A stretch of 42,290 nt of DNA, taken from IMG/VR virus record IMGVR_UViG_3300021387_000086, positions 1-42,290 of that record. One strand, given 5' to 3'. Of the stretch, positions 24,309 through 30,671 are shown in pieces; within the stretch, counting starts at the first letter, position 1; every line of letters starts with the position of its first letter. The notes below the pieces were generated by a model. The model was not told where the DNA came from, searched no databases, and saw only the letters and a program-made list of their open reading frames with translations. Position numbers and translations under genes: made by a program. Origin of the DNA: a virus.

Positions 24309-24334
24309 GGGGGACGGAGAGGGAACCGTCCCCC
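24309..24334. promoter_or_regulatory. Strong hairpin GGGGGACGG-N8-CCGTCCCCC
   Basis: 9-bp perfect GC-rich stem read directly, between genes 24358..24744 and 23965..24291. Confidence 0.6.
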
Positions 24335-24357
24335 GGTTCTGTAATCACTGTCCAACC

Positions 24358-24744
24358 TTATCCCTCTTGGTTTTGGTTCTTGAGATTGATGACGGAGTCG
24401 ATGATCTCGTCATGATGGGTAGCGCCGAGGGTGTACCAATAGACTGCCGCTTCTCTCTGAATACCCATGTTCCAGATGCGGCGGGTTCGCTCACGGAACT
24501 CTGTCATCTTCTCCTCGGTCATCTTCGGCATCAGAGCGGCCATCTTCTCGACAAACGCATCCACGAAGCGGTCATAGTTGAGATTGACCGCCACGGTCAT
24601 CGCCATTGCACCCTTGGGTTGCGCCTCGATGGCGGCACGCACCTCTTCCGGAGTGAATGCCGACGCTTTCTCTACCATCTTCTTTACTACTTGCTCGTCG
24701 TGCTGACTGAGCTTCTGAATTGATTGTTTCTTTGCCATAGTCAT
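24358..24744 (-). CDS. Hypothetical early protein (128 aa)
   Basis: Preceded by the conserved leader motif at 24750..24766. Confidence 0.6.
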   Translation of the reverse strand: MTMAKKQSIQKLSQHDEQVVKKMVEKASAFTPEEVRAAIEAQPKGAMAMTVAVNLNYDRFVDAFVEKMAALMPKMTEEKMTEFRERTRRIWNMGIQREAAVYWYTLGATHHDEIIDSVINLKNQNQEG

Positions 24745-24786
24745 TTTCCCTTTTAGTTTTTAGACAATTGTTAAACATCTTGTGAG

Positions 24787-24860
24787 AGAGGGATGAGGTT
24801 TTCGACTCCTCGACCTCCGGGTTAATACCCTGGCGCTCTTACCAGCTGAGCTAATCCCCC
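24787..24860 (-). tRNA. tRNA-like gene with non-canonical anticodon and T loops (anticodon ATT if the loop is 7 nt)
   Basis: Minus strand GGGGGAT-TA-GCTC-AGCTGGTAA-GAGC-G-CCAGG-GTATTAA-CCCGG-AGGTC-GAGGA-GTCGAAA-ACCTC-ATCCCTC-T. The acceptor and D arms are good. There is an A-C mismatch in the anticodon stem, an A-A at 53:61 and G54 in place of T54. No CCA is encoded. Confidence 0.55.
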
Positions 24861-24985
24861 GTTGTGGGCAGCTATTCTCCCGAACCGCTAACCCTCTCAG
24901 TCTAATAATGATAAATCTTTTTTGTACCTGTAACCCTTGCGGGTTGTGAGAGAAGCCCGAACCAACGGAACTTCTCCCGTATGGA

Positions 24986-25297
24986 TCACTTTATCGGTTC
25001 AAAGTTCACATCTCCTGCGGATGGAGCCTCCTCCTCCGATAGTATCTGATCGATTCTCTCCTTGGAGATGCCATCTTTCTCTGCCTGTTCTCTTATCTCA
25101 GGCTTAGCCTTCAGCATCTCTCGGAACGTACGATGAACAGCATTGCCCACCGTCTTGTGCAACGCAGATTCAGCTGTGAAGATAGGCAGCGCAGCGGTAC
25201 TTGAGTAATTTACCTTCAGGAACGCTGCTACATCTTTCTGAAGCTCGTTAATCCGGAATGCCAAATCCATTCCCTGGTCAAATGTTTCTAAATCCAT
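24986..25297 (-). CDS. Hypothetical early protein (103 aa)
   Basis: ATG 25297; clean ORF. Confidence 0.6.
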   Translation of the reverse strand: MDLETFDQGMDLAFRINELQKDVAAFLKVNYSSTAALPIFTAESALHKTVGNAVHRTFREMLKAKPEIREQAEKDGISKERIDQILSEEEAPSAGDVNFEPIK

Positions 25298-25540
25298 AAT
25301 TATAATGTTTAATTGTTTACAAAAATTAGGTTAGCAGGCGAGTTCCGGGAATTCACAGAAGGCACTTGATTAAACTGCCTATCCGGATAACCGTCCCACG
25401 GAGAACCGCACTCTTCCAGCGGGGCACACACTTCCGTTCATAGGTATTTAGGAACGATGTAATAGATAGCCAACCGCCTGTCTTCTGCTTATCAGGGCTT
25501 CCTTACTCAGCCCCTAACCTGCTAATCAGTTATTCAAAGA

Positions 25541-25756
25541 TCACTTTTCAAAATCGAACAGCCTTATTGGGTGTAGCGGTTCGTCCGGATGATTAAACGA
25601 GTAGTGCAAGTCTTCCGGATAGACCTTGAACCACCGGTGCCCGTTGATACATTGGTAGATGTGCACATAAGCGTCCATCGGTCGGTTGTAGATGTAATTT
25701 CTTAGGACGGCCACCTTATCGCAGTCCGGGCAAATAATCGGTTCTGGATGTACCAT
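25541..25756 (-). CDS. Small zinc-finger-like protein (71 aa)
   Basis: ATG at 25756 (track start is TTG); CPDCDK...CINGH. Confidence 0.5.
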   Translation of the reverse strand: MVHPEPIICPDCDKVAVLRNYIYNRPMDAYVHIYQCINGHRWFKVYPEDLHYSFNHPDEPLHPIRLFDFEK

Positions 25757-25846
25757 ACTACTCAAAGATCAATGTTTCTCTCTATTGGCGAGATATCTCC
25801 TTTCTCGTCGGATGGGTATATATTGTCATCAGGAATATACACCCCG

Positions 25847-26164
25847 TTAAATATCCAAGCCATAGATCACATCTTTTAATTTTACTTGTATCGTCTTGCT
25901 CGATACTTTTCCTTTCCTCGGTACCAGCACCTGCAGGTCGTGATGGTCGAAACCGTAGTACCATCCAATCGCTTCCTGATAGGCGCTGCCGGTCATCATT
26001 AACCGTCGAGTATCTTCGTACACCTTCCGCTCAAACGAGGTCATCACGGAAAGCCCTTTCGGTTCGGGGAGCTCCGACGGTTGCCGGAAGTACCTGACCA
26101 CTGCGGCAAAGGCTCTGCTCTCGATATAACTCCGCCGTATCCGTTTACGTTCACGCTTTTTCAT
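25847..26164 (-). CDS. Hypothetical early protein (105 aa)
   Basis: ATG 26164; basic N-terminus MKKRERKRIRR. Confidence 0.55.
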   Translation of the reverse strand: MKKRERKRIRRSYIESRAFAAVVRYFRQPSELPEPKGLSVMTSFERKVYEDTRRLMMTGSAYQEAIGWYYGFDHHDLQVLVPRKGKVSSKTIQVKLKDVIYGLDI

Positions 26165-26387
26165 TGCTGTAATAAGTTGGTTGGTTAAGAGCCGGTCGGA
26201 TGGTTAGCTCATCCTCCGCGGCCAACTGGTTCAAATGCCGGACGATGGCGGAACGGCTCACGTCGGGAATGATTGCGGCTACCTCATCGAGTGTCACGCA
26301 ATCCGGATAACGGTGTCCGTCCCTCCGTATCAGTATCGCCGCCTCCACCGCCCGCAGCACTACCTCTTTCTGTCCTTCCTCGGTCAT
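26151..26387 (-). CDS. Winged-helix-like DNA-binding protein (78 aa)
   Basis: ATG at 26387 (TAATG overlap); VSRSAIVRHLNQLAAEDEL recognition-helix-like segment. Confidence 0.5.
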   Translation of the reverse strand: MTEEGQKEVVLRAVEAAILIRRDGHRYPDCVTLDEVAAIIPDVSRSAIVRHLNQLAAEDELTIRPALNQPTYYSNEKA

Positions 26388-26818
26388 TACCACACCCCTT
26401 CGTTAACAGATAAGTCAAAGTTAATAGCGCAGTGGCTGCAGAGGATCTTCTTGCGGTCTATCCACCAGCACGGCCCGACTTCAGCATGAACACAGGCATT
26501 GTCCTCCGTGCAGCCACAGATGGCACAGGTGCCAGGCTTCGGCATGTCGTCGCTGATCATGATGTACAGGATGGGTGTCCCGGTCATGGTCTGGATAGTG
26601 AACACACGCTCCATGCAACTCATCTCGTGCTCGGTCCAGAAGTACCGGCGCAGCTGCTGGTAATAGTCGAAGTCCTGCAGGTAGCGATGTATCGCAGACT
26701 TGACCTCCTCCAGCTTCTCGTCCGGAATGAACTTATCCCTCTCGACGGGCAGGTTAGCCAGCATCCGTAGCGCCCACATTGGGTGCTTCGACGGAATTAT
26801 ATTAGCTGTGACTATCAT
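26387..26818 (-). CDS. Hypothetical protein with C-terminal Cys-rich zinc-binding motif
   Basis: CAICGCTEDNACVHAEVGPCWWIDRKKILCSHC. Confidence 0.55.
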   Translation of the reverse strand: MIVTANIIPSKHPMWALRMLANLPVERDKFIPDEKLEEVKSAIHRYLQDFDYYQQLRRYFWTEHEMSCMERVFTIQTMTGTPILYIMISDDMPKPGTCAICGCTEDNACVHAEVGPCWWIDRKKILCSHCAINFDLSVNEGVW

Positions 26819-27141
26819 AACTCACCCCTTTCCTTTAGTATCTTGACCAGTTCCGTCTCTGCCAGTTGCAGCTTTCGGCCGACCTTGGCGCGGTCGGCAT
26901 CGAGTTGGTTAGCGGACTGCCGGAGCGCGAGGACGGACAGACGCTTCATATCCACCTCCTCCAGCTGGTAGTCGATGACCACCCGACCGGTCTTGGAGAC
27001 GTGCAGACTGCCGCCATTCTCCGTATTAATCTCAACAAAGAAGCCTTCCTGACTGCCGCCGAAATCCGACCGGTCATAGACCTTGCACGTCTCGTTCCGG
27101 ATAGCATCCTTCAGATCCTCCAATGATAACACCTTGCTCAT
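26815..27141 (-). CDS. Hypothetical early protein (108 aa)
   Basis: ATGA-type coupling on both sides. Confidence 0.55.
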   Translation of the reverse strand: MSKVLSLEDLKDAIRNETCKVYDRSDFGGSQEGFFVEINTENGGSLHVSKTGRVVIDYQLEEVDMKRLSVLALRQSANQLDADRAKVGRKLQLAETELVKILKERGEL

Positions 27142-27599
27142 TTCTCGTCCTCCTCAAAATTAACTGCGTTCAGTAACGACTCCGTCTGGAAGCCGAGTTC
27201 ACGGACGATGCCACGTGCAAGCTTCATTGCTTCCGCCTTGCTGTTGGTATTGACCACCACGTGATTCGCTATCCAATGAGCAAAGGCACGTTGCGCTACA
27301 TCCTTGCGGTACTGACCGGCGGCGGCACTCAAGTCCAGACTGTCATCGATGGCACACAGCAACCGCTGCCAATCCATATCGAACGTACGGCCAATAACCG
27401 GATTGCTAACATGCACCTCGGTAACAACGTGGCAGAAGCGTTGCTTGTCCTCGTCCGTCCACCGGTCCGGGTCGTTCTCGATATTCCTGATGAAGGTCTG
27501 CGCTTGCTCCCGAGTGCGGTAGAAAATACCCATATTCGCCTCTGACGGAACTATAGAGTCGTCATTCAGCCGTGCCAACTCAACTGCATAGATTGTCAT
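27138..27599 (-). CDS. Hypothetical early protein (153 aa)
   Basis: ATGA overlap, preceded by GGAGGCGCACA. Confidence 0.55.
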   Translation of the reverse strand: MTIYAVELARLNDDSIVPSEANMGIFYRTREQAQTFIRNIENDPDRWTDEDKQRFCHVVTEVHVSNPVIGRTFDMDWQRLLCAIDDSLDLSAAAGQYRKDVAQRAFAHWIANHVVVNTNSKAEAMKLARGIVRELGFQTESLLNAVNFEEDEK

Positions 27600-27955
27600 T
27601 GTGCGCCTCCTTCCTCTATATTAGTCAATGGTAACTCCAGCTGATTAGTCATATCCCAGCCACCGCGAGCAACTTCCTCCGGATCCTGAGACTCATACCG
27701 CTCGATGTAATCATCCACCTTAATTGCCTCGTCTGCCGTGTAGATAGTTTCCATGTAAGCACTATCCGCTTCATCGTAACCGGCATCAACGCTATCAACC
27801 TCAACATCCGAATCAGCGAAATCGTCGTCGTCCACCTCGCCTGTCCAGTTCTTAGCTATCTCCATAGCCTCGGTGGGACTACCGGCTTCGACATAGATAA
27901 CAGCACTGCGCGTCAGCGTCACGGTGTATATCTCATTAGTCAACGGCTTTTTCAT
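27596..27955 (-). CDS. Highly acidic early protein (possible DNA mimic / anti-restriction)
   Basis: 119 aa with a dense Asp/Glu run EVDDDDFADSDVEVDSVDAGYDEADSAY. Confidence 0.55.
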   Translation of the reverse strand: MKKPLTNEIYTVTLTRSAVIYVEAGSPTEAMEIAKNWTGEVDDDDFADSDVEVDSVDAGYDEADSAYMETIYTADEAIKVDDYIERYESQDPEEVARGGWDMTNQLELPLTNIEEGGAQ

Positions 27956-27966
27956 TGTGCGTCCTC

Positions 27967-28311
27967 CTAATTTAAGTTCTCGAACTCGAAGTGAAACTCA
28001 TCCTCTTTATCATCAGCCACGAATGACCGAACTCTCTTGAAGCTCAGAATGCGGAAGTTATCCGTGGCGTTCTTTGCCTCAAAGTGAAGATCACCACCGG
28101 CACCGTTGAGAACGATAGCCGGAATACTCGTTTTCGGATTGGCGTAGTGAAGCCTCTGAGCCAACTCAACCACCTTACCGTAGATAAACACACGCCCCTT
28201 GGCGGTACACAAGCGATGGTGGAAGTGTTTGTCACAATAGTCCTTCACCTCTCGCTCGATTTTAGTTCCCTGCTGAGTACCCACGTACTCAATAAAGAAT
28301 AAATCTTCCAT
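27967..28311 (-). CDS. Hypothetical early protein (114 aa)
   Basis: Preceded by the conserved leader motif at 28315..28331. Confidence 0.55.
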   Translation of the reverse strand: MEDLFFIEYVGTQQGTKIEREVKDYCDKHFHHRLCTAKGRVFIYGKVVELAQRLHYANPKTSIPAIVLNGAGGDLHFEAKNATDNFRILSFKRVRSFVADDKEDEFHFEFENLN

Positions 28312-28374
28312 AATCTTTTAGTTTTTAGACATTAATAATTTATTTATTCTTGCCCCAATTCCGTGAGGCAGCAA

Positions 28375-28578
28375 TCACAACGTATAAGGTTTCGGGTACC
28401 CGTACTTCTCCGCGATGGCGTTAATCTGACTCCACCACTGACTGTCCGGCTCACACATGCCTTTTCTCCAGTTCCGGAACGACTGAACCGAGATACCGCA
28501 CTCTGTCAGAATGTCATTTCGCATCGATTCAGTGTGCTTATTCCGCACATTTCCGAAAAATTCTTCAAATTTTGTCAT
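28375..28578 (-). CDS. Cro-like small HTH regulator
   Basis: 67 aa; ILTECGISVQSFRNWRKG; divergent from the repressor gene. Confidence 0.6.
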   Translation of the reverse strand: MTKFEEFFGNVRNKHTESMRNDILTECGISVQSFRNWRKGMCEPDSQWWSQINAIAEKYGYPKPYTL

Positions 28579-28617
28579 TTTATCTTGATTTTATTTGTTA
28601 CTTTGTTTAATTATAAG

Positions 28618-28639
28618 TAACTTTGCAACCGCAAAATTA
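28618..28639. promoter_or_regulatory. Palindromic operator candidate TAACTTTGC-N4-GCAAAATTA
   Basis: 9-bp arms with one mismatch, within the Cro leader. A second CTTTG-N6-CAAAG palindrome at 28641..28656 overlaps the -7 box. Confidence 0.45.
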
Positions 28640-28651
28640 ACTTTGACGCTG

Positions 28652-28659
28652 CAAAGGTA
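28652..28659 (-). promoter_or_regulatory. Bacteroides-type -7 promoter box (TACCTTTG) for the early lytic operon
   Basis: Minus strand TCAAAAAAATGTAGTACCTTTGCAGCGTCAAAG. Confidence 0.6.
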
Positions 28660-28800
28660 CTACATTTTTTTGAATTGACCAAATTTTTTTCACAAAAAAG
28701 TTAATTTTTCTGCATTTTTATTCACACAACCGTTAAATTTATGTATTGAGGAGTGAAATTTTCTTCAAAATTATAAACATATTATTAACAAAAAAATTAC

Positions 28801-28808
28801 TACCTTTG
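28801..28808 (+). promoter_or_regulatory. Bacteroides-type -7 promoter box (TACCTTTG) for the repressor operon; predicts a leaderless mRNA
   Basis: Only 4 nt (CATT) separate the box from ATG 28813. Confidence 0.6.
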
Positions 28809-28812
28809 CATT

Positions 28813-29145
28813 ATGATTGACTTACAAGAAAATCTGGGTGCTATCCTCAAAGAAAGAGGAATTTTGCACAAAAACGTCGCTCAGGCGATGGGTGTTACTG
28901 ACGCAGCTGTTAGCAACTGGTTCAACCGAACGGTCGAATTGAAGTTCAGCACCATTTCACAAATCTGTGAAAAATTTAATATCCCCGTTGTGGATGTCGT
29001 TACCTACCCCAAAAAATACATCCCGCAGGATAGTGTCAACCCCGAATGTGAGGAGTGCCGGAAGAAAGATGAGATGATTGAGAACCTCACCGAACTCCTC
29101 CGGCGCTACAAAGCCGAAGCCAAACAGAAACCCAAAAAAGAATAG
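28813..29145 (+). CDS. CI-like repressor (XRE-family HTH)
   Basis: KNVAQAMGVTDAAVSNWFNR helix-turn-helix; divergent from the Cro-like gene. Confidence 0.8.
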   Translation: MIDLQENLGAILKERGILHKNVAQAMGVTDAAVSNWFNRTVELKFSTISQICEKFNIPVVDVVTYPKKYIPQDSVNPECEECRKKDEMIENLTELLRRYKAEAKQKPKKE

Positions 29146-29148
29146 CCT

Positions 29149-29775
29149 ATGGAGATACTATTTTTCGTAATCTTCCTTGCCATCATTGTCGTCGTAGGTG
29201 GCATACTTGGAAACAAAAAAGACCAAGAGAAGAAAGCCGCCGAGCAAAAAGAGCGAGACCGGGAGACATTGGAAACAGTGTCCCTGATCAAGCTCGGCCT
29301 CACAGAAAAGAACGAAGCCAACAATCAGCGCATGGACGCATGGAAAGAGTGGCACGAGAATCATGCCGACCTCGGAGTACCAACGACGTACGTCGGCTTC
29401 TCGACACTCGAAGGCTGGCCATGGGAACGGAAGCATGTGAACCTTATCTTCGACGAAAGCAAATCACCAGACGGACAGTTGGATGATGTGCTGAACGGCG
29501 ACGCGTGCCTGATTCCGTACTTGGTGCCTGACTTCCGGAACTGCGCACTGTTCTTTAAGGATGCGCGTACAGCGTTCATCGGCGGCCGGTTCTTTAATCC
29601 GGAGGAGATACGCTTCGTCAAAAGCCGGACGGATAAGGAAAACGACCAGATCATCGTCACGGTAACCACTACGAGCCTCGACTGCCCAACCTTTACGATG
29701 GAGTTCGGAAAGGATGACCGCGAAGATGTGGACGAACTCAAAGCGGCTATAACCGCCTTCAAGGCACTCAAATAA
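29149..29775 (+). CDS. N-terminally membrane-anchored protein co-transcribed with the repressor (exclusion/abortive-infection candidate)
   Basis: MEILFFVIFLAIIVVVGGILG TM helix; starts 3 nt after the repressor stop. Confidence 0.65.
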   Translation: MEILFFVIFLAIIVVVGGILGNKKDQEKKAAEQKERDRETLETVSLIKLGLTEKNEANNQRMDAWKEWHENHADLGVPTTYVGFSTLEGWPWERKHVNLIFDESKSPDGQLDDVLNGDACLIPYLVPDFRNCALFFKDARTAFIGGRFFNPEEIRFVKSRTDKENDQIIVTVTTTSLDCPTFTMEFGKDDREDVDELKAAITAFKALK

Positions 29776-29782
29776 AAAGGCA

Positions 29783-30028
29783 ATGAGAATAGATGAGAAG
29801 ATCCTGATCGCTCAAATCAAAAAGAGCATCAGCGAGAACGTAGCTCCGGAAGATAGAGAAGCGTTCGCCGAATGTATCAAGTACAGGCTGGAGAATATGA
29901 TCTTCCTGTCGGATATCGATATCGAGAAGAAATACGGCGAACTGCTTTCCTATCTGATGGATATGATAGAAGAGGCGGATGCGACAGAAGGAATCAACCT
30001 CCACCTGATCGCAGCTGCTTTGCCATAA
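29783..30028 (+). CDS. Hypothetical acidic protein (81 aa), third gene of the repressor operon
   Basis: Tightly spaced after the previous gene. Confidence 0.5.
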   Translation: MRIDEKILIAQIKKSISENVAPEDREAFAECIKYRLENMIFLSDIDIEKKYGELLSYLMDMIEEADATEGINLHLIAAALP

Positions 30029-30065
30029 TGCGCGTACATGCGTCATTAGTCCGGCGCGCATTATG
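30024..30065 (+). terminator. 11-bp perfect inverted repeat CATAATGCGCG-N20-CGCGCATTATG at the end of the repressor operon
   Basis: Read directly. It overlaps the stop codon and has no U-run, so terminator function is uncertain. Confidence 0.4.
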
Positions 30066-30176
30066 CGCACGGGACTGATAACGCAATAAACGCACGCACG
30101 TATATAAATAAGGTGTAAACGGCACAGATACGGCACATAAATGCCGTGTCTTGCCGGACACCGACGATCCTAACGT

Positions 30177-30312
30177 ATTGAGAATAAGCACGAGTCAACT
30201 GTCCAACCGCCGCTGAATGTATCCCTAGTTCGATTCTCGGTGGCACCACGAGGGCAGGCTATTACAGGTCTGCCCTTCATTTTGGAAAACAAAATCGGCA
30301 CAAAATCGGCAC
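30177..30312 (+). other. att-region module A: ATTGAGAAT, tRNA T-arm/acceptor 3' mimic (30224..30248), terminator hairpin (30251..30276), 2x AAAATCGGCAC (30291..30312)
   Basis: CCTAG-TTCGATT-CTCGG-TGGCACC-A, then AGGGCAG-N12-CTGCCCT. There is no matching 5' acceptor strand or D arm upstream. Confidence 0.6.
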
Positions 30313-30423
30313 AACAGTTTTAAGTGGTGTGACGATGGCCAATCGCTCTTTCTTATTCTCAATTTCGGCACGAGGACGGCACGCAGCCGTCCGAGATGAT
30401 CCAAAACAAGAAATGTTTAACTG

Positions 30424-30569
30424 ATTGAGAATCAGGAAATGACGTTGCAAGCCCTGCCCCGGAATCCCCGGACCAATAGTCACTGGTTCGATTCCCGTTG
30501 GCACCACAAGGGCAGCAAATACAAGGCTGCCCTTAATTGTAACATAAAAAATCGGCACAAAATCGGCAC
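30424..30569 (+). other. att-region module B, a paralogue of module A
   Basis: CTGATTGAGAATCAG anticodon-arm mimic (loop TTGAGAA). ACTGG-TTCGATT-CCCGT-TGGCACC-A at 30482..30506. AGGGCAG-N11-CTGCCCT at 30509..30533. 2x AAAATCGGCAC at 30548..30569. Confidence 0.6.
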
Positions 30570-30574
30570 GAGAA

Positions 30575-30614
30575 ATGTTAACAGATGTTAACAGATGTTA
30601 ACAAATGTTGACGA
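30575..30614. repeat. Four tandem 10-bp repeats ATGTTAACAG (GTTAAC cores) upstream of the integrase
   Basis: 30575, 30585 and 30595 are exact; the 30605 copy is degenerate (ATGTTGACGA). Confidence 0.9.
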
Positions 30615-30671
30615 GCCGTGTGCCCGATGGACTTTCTTTCCGGTTCTCGCGAGAATTGGAAAGAAAAAAAA

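Noticed and set aside
24787-24860. Suppressor tRNA / stop-codon recoding
   Set aside because: The loop contains TTA only out of register. All long genes are intact under the standard code, so there is no evidence of recoding.
30177-30506. Two functional tRNA genes (tRNA-Leu-like) next to the integrase
   Set aside because: Neither copy has a 5' acceptor strand or a D arm. The spacing between the anticodon-like loop and the T arm is about 20 nt too long for a variable arm. I interpret them as att-site tRNA fragments or mimics.
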